A DNA stretch of 64,000 nt from Phoronis australis (GCA_002633005.1 NMRA01000562.1:46206-110205), one strand, 5' to 3'; counted from the stretch's first letter, positions 1 to 13,400 are shown. Numbers and translations are program-made. Notes: generated by a model not told the origin, from the sequence alone.

Positions 1-44
<44 letters not shown>

Positions 45-54
45 CGTGCGTGCG
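1..54. repeat. (TG)n microsatellite grading into (CGTG)n
   Basis: Directly visible: 20 TG units followed by cgtg repeats; truncated by the window start. Confidence 0.97.
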
Positions 55-82
55 TTCGCATGTGTTCGTGCTTATATGTTTG

Positions 83-744
83 TATGATGGGCCGTTGGGG
101 GGACAGTGTTGCAGGAAAAATACGAGAAGCGTAATTGTGTACATTACGCCGTTATTTACGCCGTTAATTACGCCGTAAAATTACGAGCGTAATTTAATTC
201 TTTACGACGTAAAATTACGCTCATAATTTAGTTTAAACTCTTAGCCAATCACGTTGGGTTTTACAATCCACGGTCGCGCGTGCTCATGGAAATACTTATT
301 TACTGACGGGTTACAAGTCTACGATACGAGCGGTGAATCATGGCGGATCAAATCGCTGCTGCAGTGTCAGCGATTGTGCAAGAAAGAGCTGCCTTCGGAT
401 CAAATCGCTGCTGCAATGTCAGCGATTGTGGAAGAAAGAGCTGCCTAGCAACAGTCGTGTATGTTAGGTCAACACTGATTGGTTTAAATTTGGAACTTTC
501 TTAAGGTATTTTACGAGCGTAATTTGCGGCAACATTTCCCCCATTTAATTTACGAGCGTAATTTTACTGCAACACTTTTGCAATTTAATTTACGCTCGTA
601 ATTACTAGCGTAATTTCACGGCGAAACTTTTTCCCCATTTAATTTACGAGCGTAATTGTACGGCGACACTCCTGCAATTTAATTTATGCTTGTAATTACG
701 AGCGTAATTTTACGGCGACACTTTCTCCTCCACGGCTCACCATA
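83..744. mobile_element. Non-autonomous foldback/MITE-like element with degenerate TIRs and subterminal palindromic repeats
   Basis: Left end tatgatgggccgttggggggacagtgttgcaggaaaaatacg matches the reverse complement of the right end (tatggtgagccgtggaggagaaagtgtcgccgtaaaattacg) at about 75%. Many copies of (aa)ttacgagcgtaatt lie near both ends. tgtttg flanks both sides (77-82, 745-750). Internal 52-bp tandem duplication at 344-395/396-447. Confidence 0.65.
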
Positions 745-3700
745 TGTTTGCTTTCTTCGCGTTGATATTCTGTTTTCAAAAAATATTGTCTATACAACAA
801 ACCGCTCAGTCTTAATAATGCTTTGCCTTCTTCGTGTTCTCATCCTCCATAATCATGAACATACTTACCTGGAAAAGCTACAGTGCTTCAGCTGCCTTGC
901 GCGCCCTACCTGGTTTAGTTAACATCTTGTGTGCCGCGATCATCTGTCTACAGATCCTTTTATCTCATTGCACAAAAAGTGTCATAAAAATACAGGACAG
1001 TATAACGCTACTGAGATTGTTTTCTCAATTGTTTATCGTTAGTGTACAGTAACTCGACCTTATTGTTATCATTATTGTTATGCTTACGTATAGTCCTATT
1101 TAAGTATTTCCTTCAAGGAAATAAGGAACATTTCCGTATTTGCCTCACGCTCTATTGCCGTCCGGCTCATTTTACAGTTTGCTTTTTAGGCTTTTTGTCT
1201 GGGACGCCCAAATTATGAATTTCCCACGGGAAAGTAGGGTGCAATCTCATTGCATGGATACTGGTAGATAGGCGTATCTATAGTTCACTTCTTTTCTATC
1301 TTATAATAATGTTCATGCTAAATGTTTATCGGTAACCGGTTGATTGGCGCCCAAGGTACGATATCCGTGAGACATGTATTTGTTATATCCATCAAAGACA
1401 CAACAAAGGAAAACAATGGTAACGTCCCAATACTAAGCAATAACGATGCGAAGCGCTTAACCCCATCACGTGGATCTCGTAAGTTAAGCGATAGCTTGCG
1501 AAATTTATACGACGTCATTTGGCATGGGTTAAATTGAGACAGTTGTCATCTGAGCATTTGGAAGGAAGCCCAACTTTTGGAGGAAGTGAGATCTGTGGTG
1601 TTAGATTCACTATATTTACATTATATGACTTGGAATGAAATTAATGTGTCTTTTCATTGTAATAAAAAATCATAGTGGTGTTTTCAACAATACAAATATC
1701 TCACAAGTAAAAAACATCAAAGATTTCAAAAAGTCTTCAATTTCGAACAAAAATAGTAGCCAAAGTGCAACTTTCCAGTTTATGTAAGCTAACTACTTTC
1801 TTACGTATGTTCAAAATTTAGTATTATATTGTTTGGTAGTAGCCCTACATGTATACTGCAAGCCATGTCTATAACGAAGAAAAAAACTCTTTTCTAACTT
1901 AAAAATGACTAAACAGAATTCTAACTCTTCGCAATATCGTGTCCTGAGCTGGTTTTGTTTACCGTAAATGACTTGATTTCGTGAAATCGTGGCTGATCTC
2001 ACAAATTACTAAATGATATCATCAACATTTAAATGCACTGCACAACTGAACGTAGGCAGTAGTCAGAAATAAGATCGCCTAGAATAATTTGGGAATAACG
2101 GCATTCCAACGGTTTTACAATCTAGTAAAACTGTTTCCAGAACCATGTCAATAATTTGGTCGTCGATGGAATATGAAATCAGTAAGCTTAAATAAAATAT
2201 TTTTGAAGTTTTCGTGGTTTTAAAACAGTTGCTGAGCCGCAAATTCAAACAGTTTACACAGGTTTTGACGAGAGAATCCTTTGAAAACTCCGTCACTGTT
2301 GGATTCAACAATCATATGTTTTTGCTCAGTAATATTTACATGATGAAAGGTAAGCGTTACCAAGGTTATAGCATTATATAGAACGTAAGAGAGAAGCAAT
2401 TAGCGCAGCTCGCGTAGGTAAATATCAATGTTACTTTTAAATCCCTTTGATATGTTAGAAAATACCCTTAGTCCACTACGGACGATTACATTAAAGTCGT
2501 TATATGACTACATTGGATATTGGTTTGTAGGGTGCCCTTCAACTGGCAGTGCTAGCGAGCAACTTACGGCGACAAATCTCGACTTATGGGACAAAAATAG
2601 CGAGTTAGCGTACAGTTTTCAGCAGCCTTGCCGACCAATCACTTTAGTGGCCAGTTTGCCTGTGTAAGCTCGCGAAATCCTCACCTTTCGCTTACTCGAT
2701 CTCGTGTGATCCTGCTAAACTTGCACGAAGCCGGCCTTACGGAGCGCAGCCAATATTTTTCATAGTATACACCTCTCTTGGTAGGATGTGTCGTGACGTC
2801 AATTTGGCTTTCTTCAAACTCGCTCAACTGCAGCAGTGCATGTAGTTATAGTTTCCGTAGTACGCCACGCAACCCTAAAAGACATTACATGTAGATGAAG
2901 TATGGTAGACAAATGAAAACAGCGTATGTTTTTTTACTACAGTGTACGACGCTCTGAATTCGGAGGATTTGAGTCCCCAAGTAATAGATAAAGCTTCATT
3001 TCGTTCTGTTTAGGCTAAAAACGAAAATAGAATTATGCCTTATACTGTCATGAACTCGGCCCCAAATAGTCTTTACCGTTATCAACTAGAATGTCCAAAA
3101 CTATCACCGTCTCCAGAAAACACTTCAGACTTTATTGGGACGACGAAACTTAAAATTTCGAATTTTGAAAACGGCACATATACGAATTGCATATCAGTTT
3201 TGTATCGGAATATTGCCGAATTCAAAAATTAAGTTTCCTTGACTGGCAGCCACTTTGAGGCAACTTTAACTTTCTTAAGCCATCGAGATCCCGGACACAT
3301 TTTCTAGATGAATCATGTCTTGTACTCCCCATATATTTCAACCAGGACCTCTAGATTCCTTGACTCTTTGTCTTCATATTGTCGAACGTTTTCAACCATG
3401 TTTATCTGGCTTTTAAGCAGTGTTGAATTTGCGCAAGCGCTAGTTATGTTATTTGAAGTATACCAAGCCCTACTTTAGTTTTAATGGACATTCTAGGTGA
3501 GAAGAATAGACTTACTGAAGTTAGCAGTTGCGTGGAGGTAAATCAACCTGCTCTGCATTAGCAGCCGAACGTTCTGTTGCTGAGCCAAATCCCACGCATT
3601 TAATAGCAGAGTACTTTAAGCGTATTTAATGCTGTACTTAGCGAGTGTCTGCCAGACAACGGCGAGATTGTGCTATTTGTAACACAAAACAACAGATTTT

Positions 3701-4196
3701 GTTGTTTTATAGCTCTGGTCAAAACCAATAACTTCAAGATGTCTGTACCTTTTAACAACAGTCCCAAAAATGCCTTTTTCGCTCGTTAAACAGATGATAC
3801 TCGTTAAATATAGCACCAAAAAAGGAAAGGAAAAAAAAAAAACACGTTCCGTCCAAGAAGCGACCTACTAACTTAAACCAACTACTGCAGTAAAATCGGT
3901 CTCAACTGGTTCCTTACTGAAATGATAAGTTTGCAAACGACTGACAGTTCTTTATTCCCTGAGACCGTGCTTGCTGCAATTAACTTATAGAGTCTGATCT
4001 CGAGCAAACACACACGGTCAGGTCTTTGAAGCCCCTGAAATAATCTTCAAATTGACCGACGGAAGAACAATTCGAACCAATTTCAGAACCGTAAGTGATC
4101 CAAATCAGAAGTTCGTTTTTGTGATGGAAGATGGATCTATTACCGCTTTACTGTCGTTAATCCCATTGAAGTTTGGGCAGTAGTCGGATATAGCGG

Positions 4197-4264
4197 GCCC
4201 GTATTTTGAGAACCAGTTTAATGCCCGTTATTCAGTGGAGAAAACTAGTTCTCAAAATTCGGGC
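4197..4264. repeat. Short inverted-repeat (hairpin) element with Harbinger-MITE-like ends
   Basis: gcccgtattttgagaaccagtt ... aactagttctcaaaattcgggc; the ends resemble the ggcccg termini of the MITEs at 13401 and 34497. Confidence 0.5.
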
Positions 4265-4315
4265 TAGTTACCTTTGCTAACCATGAACAGCTTGGATCAA
4301 TTTGAATACTCCGTT

Positions 4316-6335
4316 TCAGTCCCCTAAATCGTCAAAAAGATTCTCACCGTGTCGTCGAAAGTGAACACCTCCTTTTGTCCGGACGGTTCTTTCTAGATTT
4401 CTCCAGAATTTTTTTCTGTTTCTTGTCTTGCTCATGCCAGGAAAAGTAAGGATCACGACGCCGCAAGTTTTCGATTGCTGCAGGAATCTTGCCGGCAATA
4501 TATTAGTCATCTGTAGCAACCGGAAGAATGGTTCCTGTGGCTAAACTCATGCGGATTTCAAAGTTCTGTGTAACGGATTCTTCTGTGGTCGAACGAATTA
4601 GAACAATGACTCTTTCGTCGACTTGATTGTTCAAAGGTCTCCTCAAACTGATACGTACCTGGGTGTGAGTTACGAAGCTAGGAGAGACGTCTAGGCCCTT
4701 TTTCTAATCCTGTGAATATTTGCTTTGCGGTCTCAAAATCGTCTTTACTATATGAAAGATACAAATCACTGAATATATTCGATTGCCAATTATCCTTGCT
4801 TTCAATTTCAATTTAAGTGCTCCACGTTCTTGATGCTCCATCGACAGTAGAGACCGAGTACCACACTGACCACCACGGCAAATATCGCGGTCACGCAAGC
4901 AATGACGAACATCTTGCATGCACAGTTAAACTGTAGACTAGACAGTTTCACAGGTACACCGTCTCTTGTACAAGTCAATTCTCTTTGCCTTCAAGCAGTA
5001 CGAGGGAGGTGTTTTTGCGTATCATTTCGTAAAAGTCCTTGTTGTTACAGTTTTTATAGTTGAGTTCGGTAAGTCTACTGACGTTCAGTTTTAGAAAGGT
5101 TTTAAAAGTTAACCTGATAGTCTTTGAATTCCTGAACTTTGCATTCACCGACATCTACATGCAGGTAGCTTAAAGTTTGGGAAATAGAGAGAAGTCAAAT
5201 TCGAATGTTATTTAAGGATTGTTAAGAAGACTCAAGAGAACGTGCTGGGGTCAGTTTGAAAAAATGGCTTTTGAAATCCGGCGGATAAGAGGTTGTCAGA
5301 AAGGCCTATTTTCCTAAAGTTTGTGAGATTACTAAAAATTGCTTCCAATTGACGTTCATTTGCGAACAAACCAAAACGGTTGCCGACTAGCTGAATTGTT
5401 TGGAAGTGATGGAAAAGCACGGAAGTATTTAGAGTGGACAAACTCAATATTATTATGTTCAAGGTTCAAGTGCTTCACACCGTTCAAACATACACTGGCC
5501 AGTTCAATCGATCGTCGTCAAGGTAGAAGAAATCCAGTCTATTTAAATTGCAAAGATCAACGCTGATTTTCTCGTACCACATATAAACGTTGGCGTAATA
5601 TTAGGAGTTCCTCAAGTCGTTTTTAGAAGACCCGGGCTATCTACGTGAGTCATTGTGAGACTCTGTGTGGAACACATAACAGGGCCAGAGAATCAACAAT
5701 ATCCAACTGAGCTCCTCGTGAGGACACTATTTATGCCGTAAAACCGTGAACGTTCCTTGGTCCATTGACATCAACAAAGAATATGGCAGGTCTGTTACTC
5801 CGAGGTCTTTCATTAAGGCCACAGATTGAGGAAATGGAAATTAGCAAAAGTTGTCGTAATTCGTTAAAGGCAGCGTTCATACAAGACATGAGCACCCATT
5901 ATTCGCATGAGAAATTCTTGAAGTGGTTTATGTAACGAAACGGCCTCGAGTTGCAGTTTACGTCAAGTGTCACGGCGACTTTTTCCATGTTGAGAACTTT
6001 TAGGGATTCAAGTCCGCGGGAACTGCGTGAATGAAGAGTAACCGTGTGGTTGCCTGCATCAGGCATGCACGACAAATTAAGATAACGCAGTTTGGAAAGG
6101 CGTCTCAGCGAGCCATTGGGTATCTCTAATTTTGTTGCCACCAAACTCGATAAATAGTTGCGTCTTCAGGAATCTGAACAGGCAAGGAGTGAGGACTTTG
6201 TTGGTACACGTGACTATAACGTCTGTGTCATTGTTTGCACAAGCACACTTGCTGACACACTTGAGAGATGTAACGTTGGATTTGACTGTCAGAGCACACG
6301 TGCCCAATAGCAGATAGTGCACGTGTGTCTGAAAG
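4316..6335 (-). pseudogene. Toll-like receptor pseudogene, paralog of the TLR at 40634-43285
   Basis: Fragments in different frames align colinearly with the intact TLR: LLGTCAL..KCVSKCAC..VIVTCTN (signal/LRRNT), IPNGSLRRLSKLRYLNLS..LKVLNMEKVA, GNRFGLFANERQLEAIFSNL, RNSHPG, ESVTQNFEIRMS, FWRNLERTVRTKGGVHFRR (C-terminus). Many frameshifts and stops; about 0.6 kb shorter in the central LRR region. Confidence 0.92.
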
Positions 6336-8754
6336 TTAGATTGCAAGTGCACTAAAATTTGACGGTAAATCGTCAGTTATAAACTATTTCCAATGCAAAT
6401 TTGGCTTGGACGGAAAGACGCTCTGAAATGCTACGAAGTCAGCACTACAAGAGCACAATTCCATGAAACATTAAACTTGTTTGTAAGTCCATGTTATGCC
6501 AGAAATAACTTTAGTTTAGACAAGTTGTCGATTTAAACATATGCCTCTTACTCAGATTAGCAGTAGTGTCTGTTCACAAATCCCTTCTAACCCAAGTAAG
6601 AAAATAGTTGAGGCCAGGGAGTTTTATGGTGTATATTAGTCTAAAAATAATTTTTGACAAGAGGTGGAGCTTCGAGTACATTTGAGTTAAATAAAACATC
6701 TATCAAAGAAAAACGACATTAACTTTGAAACTTTCTGTAAAGGCCTTCCTCTAGTGTAATAGAAAGGACGTTTAAAGACCACGGGATGCAGAACCAGGCG
6801 GTTACGTCTACTTGTAGGTCAATTTGGCACATTAAAATTATTCTGAAACATATTTTGAATCTTTTTGGTCGATTGATATAATAATAATAACAAGTCTTCA
6901 TGAAATATTTCATATACTGTACTGGTGATGCACCCCTTGACTCGTTACCTTTGAAATGCGGGAGTTTGATGAAAATAGAGCGATTTAAACAACCGTAAAG
7001 CCACTGATATTCCTTCACTGAAAGTCGCCATATTGGTGAACTAGTTTGACCTGTAATACAACTGACCAATAGAATGCGTTGTTTCTTGAAATCGGAAAGT
7101 CCAATGAAAGACCGTTTTCTGCGATCGGCCTGACTCCCGTAGTAGCATATGCTAATGCATTTGACTGAATGAAAAAGTCTTCCTTGTATTTTAAATTGAT
7201 CAATACTTATACGATACTATTTGCCAACATATCAAACTTTCTTCGTGAAGTTATTTCGCCAGCAGTTCGTATTATATGTGTTGCGAAGTCGCCGGAGGCC
7301 TCGGTAGAATACTGGAAGTCTGTGCGCATATTTCGGATTCTATGTGTCATATTTTGTAATTGTTTGCTTGTCACTACCACCGGCAATCATATGTGACTTT
7401 TGCTCGCCCTGGGTCATCAACCTTCTCCACCGACTGTGGCTGATGTCCATCTTAGTTTTACCCTGTCGAAATTTATTTTCAATATGTTCGCAAATTGTCA
7501 GGATACCCTTCATCTATGGCAGTTTTACTTGATTATTCTGACATTGCATGCTGTTTGCTATGTTTAATATGTAAGTTAATTATTCCCTGTCAAACACGCT
7601 TAGCTCACGTGAGCAGACGACCTTGTTATTCAACCGTTCTTGAATTAGATCACTTTAGACATAGCAGCATATCTAAAATGGCGAAGTATCCCGCGTCCCC
7701 AGATTGTAACAAGTGTAGATTTCTATGAAGTTTTCCCCAACGGATTTCGTTAAGTATTACCTCGTAGATAATGATGGCCTCGTTGCAAGTTGTTTTAGCA
7801 CCCTAATATCTGTTACAATTAGATGCAATTAGGTCAATGTTTCAATTCGTATTATATTGTTATTAGATTTGTTATTATTTGGAATTATTTTGATCCACAA
7901 TCTTCTTTTTAGCCAAGAAGTACGGCGACGTGTATACCCTATACTTCGGTTCTAGTCGAGCGTTTGTGTTGAACTCTTACGACGTCATAAAGGAAGCCTT
8001 TACACTCCCGGTGTTGGCAGGAAGACAGCACAGTTTTATTACTGACAAAATGTCACAGAATATGGGTGGTGAAGTATTATCTGGCCGGTTAGAGGCGATA
8101 ATGAAGACCCCAGGTTTAGAACAGTAGGTTTATATTTGAAGACTAAGTACCGAGAGAACTACTTCATTCACAGCAATATATGACTACGCTACATGGTAAT
8201 ACGATACTACAACAGGTGGGTGAATTGTTGTTCGTTCCAGTTTGTCAAGTTTTCTGGAATTGCGACAGACGGGCACTTGCTGCAGATCACTTTGCCAGCG
8301 TCGTTTACTGACCTAGATCAATATACCAAAGTGTGGCTAATTTATATCCTCCACGAACATAGGACTAGTTGTATCGAGTTAAGTGAACACGGAACAAAGG
8401 ACTGTGATTGAACCATGTTATCAGCGAGAAAGGTGGTTTTCTGTGTTCAGCCTTAGCGCGAAATCAAGCCTTGATACGCCATGGTCACTCCTCGACACTC
8501 GTCTGTCGGAGCTAAATTACACTCGATAAAGAAGTATTTTGATAAAAAAATCACCAAAAAGACTGCAGATTTTTGTTGTTTTAAAGCTCTGGAGAAAGCT
8601 AATAAAAGTCTATCCAATCCGACAACAACCCCAAAGGAGCGTTTACGGGCGTAAAACCGACAATTGTTTTATTAAATGATTACAAACTGTATAAAAAATG
8701 CAGGCGGTGTGATACACGTTGTACCAGACATGAGCAGGCCGATTACGTCCGCTA

Positions 8755-9030
8755 CATGCATACCAGGCCTAAAATATAGGGGGGCTCGAATTTTTCGGTA
8801 TGCGGACCTTTTTCTGACAAAAATCAACGAAGACTAGAAAAAAAAAAACAAAAAACCCGGGCCACTAGGTTCAGGCCCACGAATTGTGCGTCCGCGCTGA
8901 ATTCCTGTGGACTTTTTGTCTCGTTTACTCGGACTTTTTATTTCGCTGAGGTGGACCTTTTTGCCCAATTCCCCAAATTGGGGGACTCGTTTAAGCCCCC
9001 CCCGAGCCCCCCCCCTCGGGTGCACCCATA
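8755..9030. mobile_element. MITE, degraded copy of the family at 24430-24704
   Basis: Shares gcctaaaa..ggggctcgaattttt..ggacctttt, gtggacttttt, ctgagg(t/c)ggacctttttgccc and agcccc..cgagccc..gggtgc with 24430-24704. Confidence 0.7.
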
Positions 9031-11794
9031 CACAAAGTAATGTTTCAAAGGAGGCCGTATGTGGTCTTTCAATCCTACGTTATTCTCGTTCGGACATTCA
9101 ACTGGCATCTGTTTACTCAAAATACTGTGAAGATATTTGTAAAATTTCCAGAAGATTCTGGACAAAAGAACAGTTGATTATGTTTTGGGAAAGTATCATG
9201 TTTTGGGGTCATACAACGGCCGTATTCAATGCAAAACAATCGTTAAACGTCGTTTGAATATATGGACGCGATCGCATGCTGCTTGTCTGCGCTAAGAATC
9301 CAGCAAATGACACGTACTGAGTGTCAGTAAACGAATCAGCCTCTGTATAGACACACCTTTTGTACATGTACAGCAGCGTAGTGATAGTTACTGCGATTGC
9401 TAGATGCAGGTTTTCATTCACGATGTTTTATATTTTTGAAGGTTTTTCAAAAACAAATGCAACGCTAGAATACGGTTCGGGGTGAGTTGCCAGTAAAAAT
9501 TCGTCAGCCTAGTAGTAGTGTAATTAAAATGATGTATTTTTTTAAAATATACAATTATGTATAACAAGCATTTTTATTCTCGTTTTATTTGTGTTTTCAA
9601 CCATTGCTCACTTGACACCGTTTTCGTTTCTGGTCTTCAGGAATTATGTTCGCCGAGGGTGCAATGTGGAACGAGCAGCGACGATTCACTGTTTCTCACC
9701 TAAGGGATTTAGGGTTTGTAAAGACGTCTTTCGAAGAAAAAGTTTTGGAAGAAATCAGCGTGATGCTCGACAACATGGAGTCAACGAACGGGCACCCGAT
9801 AGATCTTCAGGTAGGAACAATGGTTTCGTAGCAAATTATCTTCACCGTCATCATCTCATCATCGTCATCTCATCATTATCATCGTTTTCGTCGCCACTAA
9901 CACACCCACCGCCTCCTTCACTATCAACAAATGCAGCAGCTGGAGCAGCAACAGCATTCTCGGCGGACTTCAACTACGAAATATATACCATGTGGCGAGA
10001 AAAAAGATTCAGCAAAACCACCTTGGAACCGACCAACTGCATGGAAATTTGTTTTTACACTTATCCGAGGTCAAACTTTACATGGCTGTCACTCAAAACT
10101 AATCTCCCGCCAGGCACAGAGCAGCTCCGTATGTACCCTCAGTCTTTGCATTCACCGAGTAGCCATAATAGAGTCAACGAGGTGTACATATGAGAGGAAG
10201 ATGCGGGGAAAGAGAAGGCAAAACGTAGTAGTGTGTCCGTGTCCATGCGGCCGATGACAATAAATGCCCCTAGTCGCCTCACGCCGTTGTGCCTTTGTGT
10301 TCACATTTCGCTGTTTAGGTCTGATGCTCACGTCGTGCTTTAACCACCAACTCAATTTCTCTTATCCATTTCAGACTCGGTTTTGCATCAGTCTAGCGAT
10401 GGTCAAGTTAATTACGCATTGCAAATTCAGTTGACATTGCAAGTGAATGTTAAAATAGAGGACTATATGGTAAGGCATGTATTGGTTAGAATGACCGAAA
10501 ACAAGTTTTCACCGAATAATTAACCGGAGACCTTGAGATTTTCACGTGTCTCAACTTAATCGGCTTTTTCTCGTCTTTGGCAAGTCCACTTAATTTGAAA
10601 TTTGGAACACGAGTTATCGAAACGGCTAGGCGAATTTTGGTGAAACTCTCCAAACTTAATATTTATTTATCAGTCTCAAAAATGCTATTAAGGATTTTCG
10701 ATATAAAGGCCTAGTTTTTTCGTAATGTAACAAAGACGAATACGACTGCTATTTTCATCACTAAAGTACCTTAGGTTTTGCTCGTTGATTTTTCATAGAA
10801 ACCGAACTAAGAAACTAATCGAAAATATCCAACAGCGTTTTTGGGGTAACTGGTGAAGTTTTCATTTAAAAGATTTCCTTAAACTGACCTAGGTGTTATT
10901 TTATTACGTATTTACCTTTAATTAAAATGAAATTTAGATTTAAAAAGGTGTTCATGTATCAACAATAATGGCACATAAATAAAAAAAACGTATTGTTATA
11001 ACCACTGATCTTTTTTCTTTCAGAAAATATATCCTTTAATAGAAGTTAGGGAGGCCTGGTTTGTTGATAAGCGAGTTAGATAAAAGACCTCAAAATAACC
11101 TCAAAAGTGCTGTAAGAGAGTGCCTTCGTATGAAACGAGAAAATTCCAGCAGTGATTTGTTACAACCTGGTTCTTAATTTTCGTTGACCTTTCTTTATCA
11201 TGAGAAGGAAAAGTTGGTGACGGCGCTTTGGGAAATCCCCGGTAACGGCGTTTATAGAAGCCACTGGTGTGTCTGCTTATGCTCAGGCGTTTTCTTTTCA
11301 GTTTCTGATATCAAATTACGTTGCAAACGACGTTACCTCAATTCTTTGGAACAGGCGGTACGATTATGACGACCAGGTTTTCCAGTTTCCTCAAGTCCTC
11401 ACATGAAAATGTTAAAGGTAACATTTTATTGTTATTTAAGTATATTTACGTTATAGCAGCGTTTTGGTTTTAATGTGCAAGAGTTATTGTGTTTGCAGAC
11501 TTCTGCAACGAAACGTTAACTTAAAGTAGACCAAGGCCGGTGATCACCAAATTAAAAAATGACCAGTGATGTCGCTATTCTGGAGTTTAATCTGGAATAA
11601 AATTTGGTTATCGCGGATCCAAGAAGTGAAAAGTAATCAACTGTATTATTTTCGAAGAGATCCAGCGAATGGTGTAGTGGGTTATAGACACACGTAGATG
11701 TACTATACCACATTTTTCATTTTAACGTAGCGAAAACGTACCGTGTGTTGTGGTTTAGTAGAACGTGGAAGCACGTAGACGTTGTTTCTTCTTG

Positions 11795-12800
11795 CTTATG
11801 TACCCATGTTTTTTGTGAGTGCATTATGCCGTCGTCCGCGTCCGTCAATACGTCCTTCCGTCCGTTCGTTCGTCCGTTCGTTCGTCCGTCCGTTCGCAGT
11901 TTTATGTCCAAAATCCCTATTTGGAGGTTCGTGAAATTTTGCAGATATGTTTCTATCATGAATTGGCCAGATATTGGCGAATTTTCAGACAGATCCGACT
12001 ACTGGTGTGCCCCTGGTGGCAATGTTGTTTTTTGTGTTTGCTTCTGTATTTTCGCAGCTCCTCGACCGATTTTCATGAAATTTGATGAGTAGGTTTCTAT
12101 TGAGGAAGCGATATTGCCTTCTTTTTCGGTGTATGCTTCATATATTCGAGATATTGTATGCTATCTAACGTTAGTTTTTACTGTTTTCGAATTTGTTTTT
12201 GGCGTCCGTCTCTGTATGGGCCAAACCGCATTAAGGATATTTATGAAAGTTGGTGTATTTGTTCTGACTGGGCTGAGGATAGCTAACGTTGTGTACTTTT
12301 CAAACGGTTAGGACTTCTGTGGCGCTTCCTAGTGGAAGTTTTGTGCGTTTGCGGTTGTATCTCATGAACCTCTTACAAGTACTTTGTTAAATTTGGCAAG
12401 TGTTTTTGTGTGAAAGTGACCGCAACAGATGGCGAAGGCTTCCGGACGAATCCTGCTACAACTCTGTCCCTTGTGGCAATCATTTATTTAGTGTATCTTG
12501 GGAGATCCTTAACGGATTTTAATGAAAATTGGCATATAGCATCTGGCATGAAACGCGAAAGCTCGCCGTATATGTCTTTTAAGCAATTCCTGAAGAAAGT
12601 GCCGTCTCGCAATTTCTAGTACAGAATTATTCGCTTTCCCCTGTCAGGGAATTTCCAGACGAAAAAAAAAACAAGTCACGATTTTTAAAATAAAAGAGAA
12701 AGAAAAACTCTGTAATCACAACAGAGTTTCTAATCTCCCTCCCGCTTACGATAAATGCCCGCATGCACTTATAGTCATTCGACAAATTGCAGACTGACAT
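11795..12800 (+). mobile_element. Non-autonomous Helentron/HINE-like element with (GTCC/GTTC)n microsatellite and tandem core repeats
   Basis: cgtccgttcgtt microsatellite at ~11830-11895, followed by diverged ~140-165-bp units (ccgattttcatgaaatttg-like motif at ~11927, 12066, 12233, 12377, 12511; cc(t)ggtggc-like at 12012, 12328, 12469). Family assignment is from architecture only; boundaries approximate. Confidence 0.45.
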
Positions 12801-12863
12801 CCAGTTGAGTAATTAATATGTAGAAAATTAAATCAATTTCTGGACTTACAGATTGAGTTGGCT

Positions 12864-12897
12864 TCGTTGCATCCTTCTCTCGAGGACTTCGGCAGGC
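12864..12897 (-). ncRNA. Degenerate minimal hammerhead-ribozyme-like motif of the Penelope pLTR (probably inactive)
   Basis: Minus strand CTGCCGA-AGTCCT-CGAGAGA-AGGAT-GCAA-CG versus the core CUGAnGA-stemII-GAAA; one substitution in each core element. It sits just 3' of the GIY-YIG ORF, where Penelope-like elements carry hammerheads. Confidence 0.5.
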
Positions 12898-13400
12898 CAC
12901 TGAGATGTTAGGTTAGTTTATACGTTACTGATCATGAGATCGACAGCACAGTTTACGCGGGAGACTTTAGTGCCCTATCCCATTTTATTGGCAACAGAAA
13001 CCTCAGGCCTCCTTGTCTCTATAAGCTAGAATTCTTCAGTCTTTCGTATATAGCTTCCTTGACCCCTCTCTTGAACCATGCAGTTTTCTTCTCTATCCAA
13101 AATTGTTACGTCATCCTGGGAGAAAGAGTGGTCCGTAGCAGCTATATGACTGAAAACCGCCGAATCAAAGCAGTCCCCGTAACAGGGTCTCTGATGTTGA
13201 CTGATCCGACTTTTCAGGGCTTGTTTGGTTTCCCCAATATATAACTCACACCCTGGATCCGATCATGAAAGCCATACACCACATTTAATTTTTCTCTTTC
13301 GTGGTCTTATCTTTCACATTTATTAGCTGACTTCTTATGGTGTTAATTGGTTTGAACGAAACTGAAATATCGTGGCCCCTCATACATGAGATTTAACCAG

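Noticed and set aside
120-720. Recurrent palindromic repeats resembling a CRISPR array
   Set aside because: Repeats are short, irregularly spaced and the spacers are themselves similar; eukaryotic context with no cas genes; better explained as MITE subterminal repeats.
7400-7530. Possible decayed CYP-A exon 1 (PSPPTVADVH vs PTPLPIVGNVH)
   Set aside because: Similarity is too short and weak, with no in-frame ATG, membrane anchor or donor site; cannot be supported by eye.
9591-10257. 200-aa and 108-aa ORFs
   Set aside because: Off-frame read-through of CYP-A exon 3 into low-complexity (CAT/CAG-rich) intron sequence.
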